A DNA stretch of 63,942 bases, the filler included, from Cercozoa sp. M6MM (Eukaryota; Protista; Endomyxa: Ascetosporea): the NCBI GenBank assembly GCA_040357565.1. It is 12 parts of 12 records of this genome, joined end to end, with 100 filler letters (N's around TTAATTAATTAA, not from the genome) between each part and the next. Parts side by side here need not be neighbours in the genome. Positions count along the whole stretch, not along the records: positions 39,219 to 41,844 come from JBDODJ010001731.1; positions 41,945 to 45,467 come from JBDODJ010001418.1; positions 45,568 to 49,184 come from JBDODJ010001382.1; positions 49,285 to 52,585 come from JBDODJ010001514.1; 8 more parts are not named here. The stretch is one strand, 5' to 3'. A program made the translations under genes and the position numbers. Below are positions 39,219 through 51,454 of this stretch, one piece after another. How positions within the stretch are numbered: position 1 is the stretch's first letter; the number at the start of each line of letters is the position of its first letter. The notes beneath the pieces are model-generated. The model did not search any database. It saw only the letters and a program-made list of their open reading frames with translations, and had not been told where the DNA came from.

Positions 39219-41844
39219 AGGAAGGTAGAGATGGAAGGGTAGGTAAGGGGTAGAGGGTAAAGGAGTGGGGGGGGGGGGTAAACATGGGGGTAAAGCAGCG
39301 CCGCTACGTGACGGAGCGACAGGAGCGCCGCGTGGTGCGCCGCGTCGGCCGCCAGCGCCGGCGACACTTCGGCGGCCTGCCCACAAATATTGTTGTTTTT
39401 CTGTTTTGTTGTTTTTTTAATTGTTGTTTTTGTTTTTGTTGTTTTTTTGTTGTTGTTGTTTTTTGTTGTTGTTGTTGTTTTTTGTTGTTATTATTTTGTT
39501 GTTGTTTTTTATTTTTGTTGTTTTTTGCTGTTGTTTTTTGATGTTGTTTTTTCGTTGTTGTTTTTTTAAGTTGTTGTTTTTCGTTGTTGTTGTTTTTTGT
39601 TGTTGTTTGTTGTACCAGCAGAGCGATTTCGGGCGCAAATTCGAGCGTCTGCGGCGACAGCAGGATGCCTTCCTGCGGGCCGAGGGGGGGGAGGGGTAAA
39701 AGGGGGGTAACCCCCCCCCCCCAACCGCCCCCTAAAAACGCGCCTGAGCGTGACGATCGTCGCACAGCGGCAGTTCGGACTCGGCCACGACCGGCGCGAC
39801 CTTGCGCCGCGCTTCCTTATTGTACGCCCCTTTAAACAAAGCACTTCCTTAATTAACAGACAGCACCCCTTTAATATAAAAATAGAGAACCCCCTTAATT
39901 AGAACTCCCTTAATTAAAATAGAGCACCCCCTTAACAGAAGGAAAAGGAGGCACCCGGACTGGAGGACAGAAAGGCGAAAATCACGCGTTGCACGGCGTT
40001 CTCGCGGCCGGCCTGTGTTTTACCCCCCTTCTTACCCCCCTTTTTACCCCCCTTCTTACCCCCCTGTTTACCCCCCTGTTTACCCCCGTTCTTACCCCCC
40101 TGTTTACCCCCCTGTTTACCCCCTCAATACCTTGTGCGCCAGTTTGGACATCCAGAGTTCCGTCGGCTATGCGGTGGTGTTTTACCCCCCCCCTTACCCC
40201 CTTACCCCCCCCTTTACCCCTACCCCCCTTACCCCCCCTTTACCCCCCCACCCCCACCCCCTTTACCCCCTTACCCCCTACCCCCCCTTTACCCCCCTTT
40301 ACCCCTCCCCCGAGTGTACCAGTGAGCAAAGCGACAAAAGTTCGCGCATCGATTCGGTCAAAATCGGCGCCCACTCGGTCTCCTACAAGCTTGTTCACAC
40401 CGACAAGGTTGTTTGTGGGAAGGAGTGGCTACAGGAACAAAGTCGTCGGCTGGCCAGATTGTCGACAGCGCCGTCGTCCAGAAGGACACAAATCTGGGGG
40501 GGGGGGGTAAAGGGGGGTAAACAGGGNNNNNNNNNNAGGAAGGTAGAGATGGAAGGGTAGGTAAGGGGTAGAGGGTAAAGGAGTGGGGGGGGGGGGTAAA
40601 CATGGGGGTAAAGCAGCGCCGCTACGTGACGGAGCGACAGGAGCGCCGCGTGGTGCGCCGCGTCGGCCGCCAGCGCCGGCGACACTTCGGCGGCCTGCCC
40701 ACAAATATTGTTGTTTTTCTGTTTTGTTGTTTTTTTAATTGTTGTTTTTGTTTTTGTTGTTTTTTTGTTGTTGTTGTTTTTTGTTGTTGTTGTTGTTTTT
40801 TGTTGTTATTATTTTGTTGTTGTTTTTTATTTTTGTTGTTTTTTGCTGTTGTTTTTTGATGTTGTTTTTTCGTTGTTGTTTTTTTAAGTTGTTGTTTTTC
40901 GTTGTTGTTGTTTTTTGTTGTTGTTTGTTGTACCAGCAGAGCGATTTCGGGCGCAAATTCGAGCGTCTGCGGCGACAGCAGGATGCCTTCCTGCGGGCCG
41001 AGGGGGGGGAGGGGTAAAAGGGGGGTAACCCCCCCCCCCCAACCGCCCCCTAAAAACGCGCCTGAGCGTGACGATCGTCGCACAGCGGCAGTTCGGACTC
41101 GGCCACGACCGGCGCGACCTTGCGCCGCGCTTCCTTATTGTACGCCCCTTTAAACAAAGCACTTCCTTAATTAACAGACAGCACCCCTTTAATATAAAAA
41201 TAGAGAACCCCCTTAATTAGAACTCCCTTAATTAAAATAGAGCACCCCCTTAACAGAAGGAAAAGGAGGCACCCGGACTGGAGGACAGAAAGGCGAAAAT
41301 CACGCGTTGCACGGCGTTCTCGCGGCCGGCCTGTGTTTTACCCCCCTTCTTACCCCCCTTTTTACCCCCCTTCTTACCCCCCTGTTTACCCCCCTGTTTA
41401 CCCCCGTTCTTACCCCCCTGTTTACCCCCCTGTTTACCCCCTCAATACCTTGTGCGCCAGTTTGGACATCCAGAGTTCCGTCGGCTATGCGGTGGTGTTT
41501 TACCCCCCCCCTTACCCCCTTACCCCCCCCTTTACCCCTACCCCCCTTACCCCCCCTTTACCCCCCCACCCCCACCCCCTTTACCCCCTTACCCCCTACC
41601 CCCCCTTTACCCCCCTTTACCCCTCCCCCGAGTGTACCAGTGAGCAAAGCGACAAAAGTTCGCGCATCGATTCGGTCAAAATCGGCGCCCACTCGGTCTC
41701 CTACAAGCTTGTTCACACCGACAAGGTTGTTTGTGGGAAGGAGTGGCTACAGGAACAAAGTCGTCGGCTGGCCAGATTGTCGACAGCGCCGTCGTCCAGA
41801 AGGACACAAATCTGGGGGGGGGGGGTAAAGGGGGGTAAACAGGG
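39219..41844. repeat. Direct duplication of a 1308-bp segment (39219-40526 = 40537-41844) separated by 10 N; contains minus-strand exons of an unknown gene
   Basis: The copies appear identical, including homopolymer lengths, and the ORF track repeats at a 1318 offset. Confidence 0.95.
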
Positions 41845-41944
41845 NNNNNNNNNNNNNNNNNNNNNNNNNNNNNNNNNNNNNNNNNNNNTTAATTAATTAA
41901 NNNNNNNNNNNNNNNNNNNNNNNNNNNNNNNNNNNNNNNNNNNN

Positions 41945-42740
41945 GACAGCGCATCCACGTGTCGCGCGCCGGTTCTTACCCCCCTGTTTACCCCCCCCCC
42001 CCCCCATCAACCCTTTACCCCCTCCATTTTAGTGGACGAAATGGTGCGTCGGTGGCAACTGGTGCAAAAACAACAACAAGAAAAACAACAAGAAAAACAA
42101 CAAGTTGAGTTGTTGTTTGTTTCGGCCGAGTGGCTGCGACTGTTTGCAATCGACGCTTCTGTTCTGGTAGCGTTTCCCTTGACCCGTTTTACCCCCTTAC
42201 CCCCCCCCCCCCCCAGAGTGAGACCAATGCCGTGCTGCTGACGAGTGCTGTCGCGGTTGTTTCTGTCGCCGTTGTTTTCNNNNNNNNNNNNNNNNNNNNN
42301 NNNNNNNNNNNNNNNNNNNNNNNNNNNNNNNNNNNNNNNNNNNNNNNNNNNNNNNNNNNNNNNNNNNNNNNNNNNNNNNCCCCCCCCCCCCCCCCACACC
42401 CCTCTTTACATCCCCTCGCAGTTGGACGCCTTGCTGGGCACGGCCGTGGTCGGTGTTACTCTAGTCAGCACGTGTTTCGCCGTGTCCTTCCTGCGAGCTG
42501 GTGTGTTCCCCCTCCCCGCTAACCCACCCTACTACCCCTACCCTCCCCCAGACAAAGTGATGATGAAGTACGCGGCAAAGTCGATCGGCTGTGCGATTGG
42601 TATGCTTTGGAATTCACTCTCCTCACATTTTTGCCCCCCCCCCCCCCGGTTCAGGCGCATTGTGCGTGGCGACGCCGATTCTGCTGTTGTTGCGGAGTGC
42701 TGTTTTTCTCATCGTGCGTGACGCCGTGTTGGTATTTTCG
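41945..42740 (+). CDS. 3' fragment of a multi-pass membrane protein
   Basis: Hydrophobic exons such as LDALLGTAVVGVTLVSTCFAVSFL, separated by C-rich introns. Confidence 0.45.
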
Positions 42741-42764
42741 CTAAGGCGGACCCTTGTGACCGCC

Positions 42765-43744
42765 TCATGAGCTCCAATGTGATACAGGTGTCAGTTCCGG
42801 TGTTGTTGGTGCTGACGGTGCTGCTGCACACGGCTCTGCGCACACTGCGCGGATGATCTCGCGCGGTTTCGTGCTTAGCGCAGGCTCGATCCGATTCATT
42901 AATACCGTGCGTAAGATAGATGCGATATCCATAGTCAGTTGTTGTTTCTGGAAGGAACTACGGTACGCTAGTTTCGGCGCGTTCCATTGCGTCGATACAT
43001 AAAGCCGGTGGAACATCGCATGCGGGGAATGCCGAGGATTGATCGATACAAAATCTCACCGCTCTAGGTTCGCTCTGCCCGTTCAGTTGCCAGTGCGATG
43101 CATGTCGTTCAATTTCGCCACAGCCGCATTCAGTTGCTTGGTGTGCCAGTGCGTTGTTGCACAGAGACCTTGTAGGTACCCGCTCTGCTTTGATTGAATT
43201 GCGACGGCGTCCGGCGCGCCGTTGCAGATGTCGCGCGACTCGACCCGCGGCCCGAAGACAGCAGGTTGGACAGGATCGCGTATTGCGCGCCACAGTGCAC
43301 ACTACGCAGAGAGCCCGGACATTAAACTGTACTCAGTTTACTGTCGTACAGTAAAATAAAATTTTCGCACCTCATGACGCGAGGAACCGTGTACTGAAAG
43401 GTAAATGACATCAGCGCAAAATATGCACGTTGAGGGGGGCGGGACGAAACAAAGACCCATGCTACCAACAGTACAACGAAGGCGACTATTAGAAATGTGC
43501 CACTGAAACCACACAAATTGAATCAAACAGGTAATATTTTGTGTTGGTAACGACAAAGAAACAACAATAAATTACACTGCTGAGGTGCGAGCGACGGTGT
43601 TGATGCGTCCCGCGTAGACTCCTTTGACGATCTCTGTTGGTCACTCGACGTTTTCACGGCCAGAGTTCGTCCACGAATAGTGTGAAGTACCAAGGACAAC
43701 AGTCGTAACGAGGGACAACCATACAATGATCTCAATCTGACACA

Positions 43745-43783
<39 letters not shown>

Positions 43784-45345
43784 CCACGCACACACGCACA
43801 CACACGTTTTCCTTCCCCTATCCCTAGCTTCACTCCGACTCACCTGCGAGGCCTCTCGAAATTCGGGTGGGGCGTCTCTCAGCGTCACGCAGAGTTTGAT
43901 TGCCCATAGCACTGCAATCACAATAGGTATCTTTGGCAGTAAGTTCATTGAGCTGTTCGAGCGATGGCAGTCGTCGTAGACTCTGTGGTCGTTTACGAGT
44001 TCGGTCACTTCCGACGCTTGGACAATTTCGGCGACGCCAATCGCGATCGCCTGCCGCAGTATCACGGCTGAACGGGGAGGGGATCATTTTATTGCAGTAA
44101 ATATAAATTTACCTCCGCAATTATTCCTCCAACGATAGTTTTCAATAGTTGCATGTCACTGATCTTGATACGTTTTAACTCCTGTCGCATTCACGAACAA
44201 CGTTGTTTCATTGGCATTCCGTGATTAGGGGTACTTTCAGCAAGAAGATTTTCTCGAGTCGCACATTCTTGGCTTCAAATCCCAGACCAGCATGCAAGAT
44301 CAAGTTGCATTCATTCACCGTCAGGACCGGGTACCAACGAAAGTCATCAGCACTTTGTAAATAAGGGATAACTTATAGTGGAAAAAGGGTATCCAGAGGA
44401 GGTTGGTGCGAAACTTGAGCAAGAGATATGGTATCAAGGGTCAAAAAGTAAAAAGGAGGGAGAAGTCACCTGTCATGAGCGCAAGATTTGACAGCCACTC
44501 TGAAGTGGTACAGACCCACGGTTCTCGCTTGCTTTGCACAAGACGGACACGGACCATCAAGCAAAGATGCAAAACTAAACTTTGGTGTACCGCGTCACGA
44601 AGAAACACTGCGACGATAACACTGCACTTGAGAAGAATATCTGCTCACGGATCCGGAGGTAGAAGAATGCGAACGTGGTTTAAACTTTAGGAAGTGAGTA
44701 GTACGATGTGGCTCATCTTGGTCGATGCTGCTTTCACGAGTCTCTCCTTGCGTTTGAGAAAGAACCATATTGACGACAGGAATGACAGCAATGCGCCGCA
44801 TAGAAACAGCGCTGCTCCAACTGCTTTTGTTTGAGTGTCTATTTCCTGCGACCAAAGACTGCGATCCGCGGGCGAAAGATGATTAACCTGTGGAGGAATG
44901 GGTACCTGTTTTTCAAAGCAAAGACCGAGAAGGTATTGACGAATCGCACTGTCAAAAGGCGCCAGTTCAGGGTTGTCTCTTGCTTTGTTTTTATTCACAC
45001 GAAGAGAGCACACAGAATTAGCAGGTAATATACAACAGAGCGTAAGATAAACTTACCTATCTCGTAAAATGAATCATCAATGTCACTGCAGTCAGGTAGT
45101 TCAGCGGACGGTATCCATTGGGATACAGTGTCTTCGAAGGCGTTGATGTAAGCACAAACAACCTCGTGGGTCGAGAGATTTCCACCTCCGTTCTCATGGT
45201 GCGACAGCAAGTATGTGTAGTCGTCGAGGTTCAATTTATACCCCTGCATAAACTTCAAAGCCACTTGGCTAATGTCTCCCAGGTCTGCTCTGTAGATCTT
45301 CCACAACGCAGCTGATTCGTAGTCGCAGTCGATTCCGTTTGCTCC
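42765..45345 (-). CDS. Class C (7tm_3, GABA-B/mGluR-like) G-protein-coupled receptor, 5'-truncated
   Basis: TM1 then RKERLVKAASTKMSHI; VCTTSEWL; AKNVRLEKIF; LRDAPPEFREASQ|I (compare TRxLPxxFNEAKxI); FQYTVPRV. Confidence 0.78.
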
Positions 45346-45413
45346 TATTTAACCCCTTATTGTTCACCATGTGTGTGTGTGTGCGTGCGTGTGTGTGTGT
45401 GTGTGTTTGTGTG

Positions 45414-45467
<54 letters not shown>

Positions 45468-45567
45468 NNNNNNNNNNNNNNNNNNNNNNNNNNNNNNNNN
45501 NNNNNNNNNNNTTAATTAATTAANNNNNNNNNNNNNNNNNNNNNNNNNNNNNNNNNNNNNNNNNNNN

Positions 45568-45620
<53 letters not shown>

Positions 45621-45629
45621 GGTCAAGCT

Positions 45630-45783
45630 TACGGGAACCCAGGTGGCAGCGGCCTCCTCGCCGACACCGCCGTGCGAGGCCTTTTTCTTGCGACGGCGGT
45701 TGTTCGCGCTCGTCGAACTCTTTGGTGGCGCTAGTTGTGCCGATGATTGCAGCACCTGACACACATTCATTTCCAAATACATG

Positions 45784-45836
<53 letters not shown>

Positions 45837-46444
45837 CTACCAAGCCATCTTCGAACACGTCGATTCGAAAGCGAGTGCGCAAATTCATCACCTAAACGAG
45901 AAAGAGATACAAAGAGGTGCAAAATCTAGCGGAAAACGGCGAATACTAAATGGTACAGAAACCGCGTCGAAGCGGCAGATGCGCTGCTTTCCTTTGTACT
46001 GCTCGACTCGGCCATCTGCATTGATGCACGACAAAAACAGTAACCACAAAGCGAGTGCAACAACAACCTGTACCATAGCTCTTTGCGCGATCGTTGACGT
46101 GTTCTGCTTCGCTTTCGGCGCCGCTGTTGACGTGACTCTCTTCCTCGGCGACACCAGCACTCTCGTCCTCGCTGCTTGGAGTCATTTTGGTCAGCAGCTG
46201 CGCGAACACGTGCCGCGGCTCACCCTCCAATAGTTCTGTCCATGCAGAAACACGCACATAGCGATACAATCTAAAACGGACAAAGCAACAAATGTCGCAC
46301 AAATTCGCTCTCAAGATCAAGGAAATTGGACAGGAAACGCAATCAGAAAGTACCACAAAGCCGTGATGCGTCGGCGTGCCATGTCTGCGTCTTGTGTCGT
46401 TTCAGCAGCGCCGTCGGCGACTCTGGTGGCCGTTCACGCGGCAT
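45630..46444 (-). CDS. Hypothetical protein, 3'-truncated
   Basis: Start MPRERPPESP, an acidic exon, then MNLRTRFRIDVFEDGL. No family recognised. Confidence 0.5.
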
Positions 46445-46788
46445 TATGTGCTATTCGGTCAAAAAATCGATTCGGACGCGAAGTTTGCTTTCCCTGGTAC
46501 TATGGTGTCAAAAGATGCGACCCGACGTACAGTGGACAATAGCGCACAGCAGCACACACTCTGGGAGCGTTCACTTCTGACAACTTCGGTGGGAATCCAG
46601 TCCATCGATGTCGTGCGGTGTCATCGGACAACCTCAACTCGAACTCGACTGTGACTGCTGACTGAATCATCGCGATGCAAGCGAAGGTTTAAACGGTGTC
46701 TAAACAATCGTGCATCGCCAGCGAAACGATGAAGTTGAGAGTAGCACAACACAAAAGTATATATCGAATCGTATGTCGTGTATAAAAA

Positions 46789-49170
46789 CTAAACTCGCAT
46801 CCTCTCCTGCTTGATAGTGTGTCTCACGGCCTGCAGAGCCGCCAGGTTGCCGCCCAGAAGACCTGCATGTTTCAAAAATGCAAATCGACAAAGCAAACGG
46901 GTGACAACAAATGGAAACACAGGAAGGGGTACCCTGCATCTCGCGCAACCGGCGACGCGCGCAGTCGCGACAGCGGCGCAGCAGCTCGAGGTGTTTCCGT
47001 GAAGCGCAGAGCGTGCGACGGTGCGCGCGGAGAACAAAGAAGAGTCTGCGTAGACACACACACACATACACATACCCAGTCATACCACAGTGTGGCGACA
47101 AAGCCCTGCCTGCTTGGCTAAAGACTGTGTACACTCGTAGGGCGAGCTCGGTGTATCGAGGTGACCAGTCGGCCTTCTCGGGCTCCTGTACAGACAGAGT
47201 CATAGAGCGTACATACATGTCTGTTAACCAAGGGAAGCATACCCCAGCCAACGGCTCATCATCGGCTCGAAGTTCGTCCCTACGTAGTGTCGCAGTACAG
47301 AGTCGGGTCTCAGTGGTAGTACATAGGGTTGGTATGGGTGCGTACCTGAGAACCTCCAGAAGTTCGGCGGCCACGTCGAACGGCAGCGTCAGCAGCGTCT
47401 GCTCCAAGTCAGCAGAGGACACGCCGGCTAGTGCTTGCAGAATGCTGCGGTGTGGACTGTCTTTCTATTTAGACGACGGGGGGAGGGGGGGGGTAAACAG
47501 GGTTAACAAGGGGGCGGAGGTAAACAGGGGGTAGAGGGGGCAATACGTAGTAGAGAAGGTTGCGCTCGGGCTTGGGAATCTTGGCGACAGCGTCGGCCAC
47601 CTGCTGTTCGGCGTCCTCCTCGGACAGGCCTCGGTTGTTCTTGTGCAGCTTGCGACGTCGCTTGCGTGACTGTCGCTGTGCCTATAATCACATACATGTA
47701 GTCTGGGGTATAGGTGGGTTATAGGGGTATAGGATACAGGGTTATAGGGGTATAGGGTACAGGGTTATAGGGTTATAAGGGTACAGGGTTATAGGGTACA
47801 GGGCTATAGGGGTATAAGGTACAGGATTATAGGGGTATAGGGTATAGCAGCAGGACACACCTCCTCACGTGCCTCGTCACAGGCGCGGTGGTACTCTTGC
47901 CAGCGACGTCGCTCCTGCAGTGCCGCCTCCACCTCACGCAGCAGTCGCTCGCCGTGCCGCAGTGCCTCGCCAGCGTCCACCGACACCGGCTGTTGTAGCC
48001 AAGCACACAAACGCACACACACACACACACACATACACACACGTGCCCTTTTCTTCCCCTGTGTCATATACATTAAGGTCAGTGTACATCAGAGGACGAC
48101 GTCGCCTGCTGCTGCGCTGCGAGTTCTTCGCCCAGGCCGGGTAGCACACCAATGCCGCCTGTGTAAGTGTGGGTTATATAGGGTGCACACGGGTATAGGT
48201 ACATAGGAGTATAAGGGGTATATAGAGGTATGGGAGCAATGGATATAGGGATATGGGTGTGGGGTATAAGGGTATAGAGGTATAGGCTTATCGAGGTAGA
48301 GGTATGGGGTATGGGCGTACCTTGCTGCGACAGGAGCTCGCGCTCGTCCTGCTGCGCGTGCTCACGCTCGGCCTGCTTGGCCGCCTCGTCGCGCGCAAAC
48401 GTCAGCTCCTCAGTGCGTCCCCAGACACGCAGCGCTGCCGCCACCACAGGAGGTAAGGAGGGGGTAAAAGGGGGCAAGACAAAGGTACCGCGATCGGCGC
48501 CGCAGGTGACAAGGAAGCTGCCGTCATGTGCCAGTGCGAGTGACCACACAGCGCCCAGATGCGCTTTTCCGCGGGTGGCCATCTGTACAGAACAGTGTAC
48601 AGAACAGTCGACATTTGCGCGGACACCCTCAACTGAGATGACAAGGCCAGAGTGAAGAGGTTACGCCCAGAGTGTGTGCTGCAGCCTTGCGATGCAGGTC
48701 GAGTCGCGTCACCACCTGCTGCGCATCGGCATCAACCATGCGAACTGTGCCGTCCTTCGACACCGTCCAGATCTGTCCAAAACATACCGTCCATTCGGAC
48801 TATACTCGAGGGGTGGGTACATACTCAAACGTACGTGGTGTGTGCCGCGTGCGAAACGCAGCTGCATGAGAGAGTCATCCCAGGCCTGCTTGCCGATCGA
48901 GGTGCGGCAGTCGCCGAAGTCTAGGCCTATCTAGCGCACAGACACATGCACATACATATGGATATTATAGTATTATACATAGATATATAGATATAGATAT
49001 CGATATACAGATATAGACACATATAAATAAAGTGATACTAGTTATATGCATGAAGAGAAGGAGTGGCACCCCAGACCTTGACGCACTTGTCAGCACCGCC
49101 CGTGGCCAGCAGTTCACCGTCGTCGCTAAAGTCAACACTCAGCGCCGGCAATGCGTGGCCGTACAGGTGC
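46789..49170 (-). CDS. WDR3: WD repeat protein 3 / UTP12 (SSU processome), 5'-truncated
   Basis: [46 protein letters not shown]...DR|LRVWGRTEE, and the Utp12 domain [13 protein letters not shown]. Confidence 0.92.
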
Positions 49171-49284
49171 CTGCGGGGGGGGGGNNNNNNNNNNNNNNNN
49201 NNNNNNNNNNNNNNNNNNNNNNNNNNNNTTAATTAATTAANNNNNNNNNNNNNNNNNNNNNNNNNNNNNNNNNNNNNNNNNNNN

Positions 49285-49365
49285 AGGGGACTGGGGTAGG
49301 GGACTGGGGGGACTGGGGTAGGGGACTGGGGGGACTGGGGTAGGGGACTGGGGGGACTGGGGTAA
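49285..49365. repeat. G-rich minisatellite (GGGGACTGGG / GGGGACTGGGGTA)
   Basis: About 3.5 copies of a 23-bp compound unit at the contig end. Confidence 0.85.
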
Positions 49366-49424
49366 GGGCAGGGGCCAGGGCAAGGGCCCAAAGGGCAGGG
49401 CAAAAAAACAAAAAACACACAGTG

Positions 49425-49497
49425 TGCCATCTCCCGGAATCGAACCAGGGACCTTTAGATCTTCAGTCTACTGCTCTACCAACTGAGCTAAGACGGC
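49425..49497 (-). tRNA. tRNA-Phe(GAA)
   Basis: GCCGTCTTAGCTCAGTTGGTAGAGCAGTAGACTGAAGATCTAAAGGTCCCTGGTTCGATTCCGGGAGATGGCA. Cloverleaf with a downstream oligo-T. Confidence 0.95.
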
Positions 49498-49598
49498 CAA
49501 TACACTGCAGGTACACTGGCGACATGCCACCCAACCAACCAACCAACCAACCAACCACCCAACCGCAGAGGGGACTAGTGAAAAAACAAAAAAAAGTG

Positions 49599-49671
49599 CA
49601 TCCTCGGTGGGGATCGAACCCACAATCTCCTGATTCGTAGTCAGGCGCCTTATCCATTGGGCCACGAGGAC
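49599..49671 (-). tRNA. tRNA-Arg(ACG)
   Basis: Anticodon arm CCTGA-CTACGAA-TCAGG, T-loop TTCGATC, downstream oligo-T. Confidence 0.95.
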
Positions 49672-49773
49672 TCTCGCTTGTGTCTACCTCACTTCGCGCC
49701 CCTCGCCTTGCCCAAGCCCAAGGGGGGGGTGCTGGGGGGCAGTCAAAGTAAAAAACCAAAAACACACACAGCG

Positions 49774-49845
49774 AGGTCCTACCGGGATTTGAACCCGGGT
49801 CATTGGATTCAAAGTCCAATGTCATCACCACTAGACCATAGGACT
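49774..49845 (-). tRNA. tRNA-Gln(TTG)
   Basis: Anticodon arm TTGGA-CTTTGAA-TCCAA, 72 nt, with an A1:C72 mismatch. Confidence 0.92.
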
Positions 49846-51454
49846 ACTACGACAAAGCCGCGACGACGCAACGATACACACACCCGCCTTGGGCCACCTG
49901 GTAGGTCCCAGAGTCGGCGGTCGCCGACTCAATCACCCAGCGGGTTCGAACCCCACCGCCGCACAATAATTCTATATTTACCAAGGCCAACGGACTTGGC
50001 CAACGGACTTCGCCACCCGGCGAGCAGGCGAAGCTGGTGCCACTGGGGCAGCAGGCTGGCAGACAGGCAGAAGGCAGCCAGGCGGGCAAGCTAAGCTGGC
50101 GGAGACAATTTAAGTTTACAGAACCAAATATATTTAACATTAATCCTGTTTGGGCAATGCCGACCAAAATAAAAATAAAACTCTCCAGCACCAGAAGTGA
50201 AAAACACAGGCGCGGGGAACTACTTTTTACAACAAACTTAAGTCAATATTCACATCCCTTCTTTGTATTTTTTACGCCCGAGCGCCATCGTCGGGTGTTT
50301 TCTACGTCTGTTAGTTGATTTAACTATGCTTCCAAGCACCTTCTCTCTCCTTAGTGGCTCGATGTCAGTAATTTTGCATTTCTTTGCAGATTGTTTCCAA
50401 ACAGAGTCAAGGCTGTGTCAGTTTGCAGGCACTGTGTGCTCTCTTTCGCGTGATGGTTGACTAGTTTGGCTGCTTTTGCCTCCTTAATAGCGCATGTGTC
50501 TGAGACTGTGTATATCGCTCCATTGTCGGCGCTTGTCTCATGCAGATTCTGGGTGTACGCACACCAGGACTGACTGGTACAAAACTACAGTCATGATAGC
50601 TAGTTGGTTGCTGAGTGGATTGAACTAACTAACTCTGTGTTATCACAGCCCACTCAGATAGGGATCAGGCCTTGGTAAATTGAGCGTACTTTACCAATGA
50701 TACAAACGCATCTGGAAAGGCAAAGGACGCGGAGAGGCAGAGACAACTGGAAAGATCAGATTACCTGGTCGAGAGAGAGCCCTTTGTTACAGACTGACTC
50801 AGATTATGCAGTCTCCGCGGGGATAAACCCAGACAGACCAGTTGGTCTCCCATCATTGACGCAAAAGAGAAAGAAGAGTTAAGAGTTTGTGGCTCTGCGG
50901 TACTACTGCCTATAGAGCTGTGACTGGACCTGTCTGAAAGCCTGTCCTGTAGATTGAGCCTGCCAGTTGGCAAAGAGAAAACCTCATCTACTTGGCATCA
51001 GCTGGTCAGTTGCTCTGCAGTTTGTACTGATATCCACCTCTCCAAGTATGCATAGGCTGCTGTAGAGAGAAGGTTTTTTTTTCAATCGTCTCACGATTTT
51101 CCCCGTGACGGAAGATTCCGTCTACAACTCCGTCTAGTTTGACGGAAGAACCCAGTTGGGGTAATTCTTCACATCGCTTCTACAAACTGAATCAATTGAT
51201 TCCCTCGCTTCGTCTAATTGACGACTTACTTCTTTTATTTAGTTCTTTTCTGACAACCGTCAGTAACACCTTGGACTGAAGCTAGTAGATCAGGATACGA
51301 GTGAACACACGTGTGAACACACGTCAAAATCTTCCGCACCTCTCTTGTTTTTTTTTTTGAAGTCTTCAGTGGCTTCCGCGCGGATACAGTAGCGTAGCGT
51401 AGATCCTGCTGTAACAACTATGAGGGAGCGGCGCGGAGCGGAGATAATCGTCGT

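Noticed and set aside
39219-41844. Tandem gene duplication or circular element
   Set aside because: The copies look identical even in homopolymers, span the whole contig, are joined by 10 N and hold only internal exons. This is most likely a scaffolding artefact; read depth would settle it.
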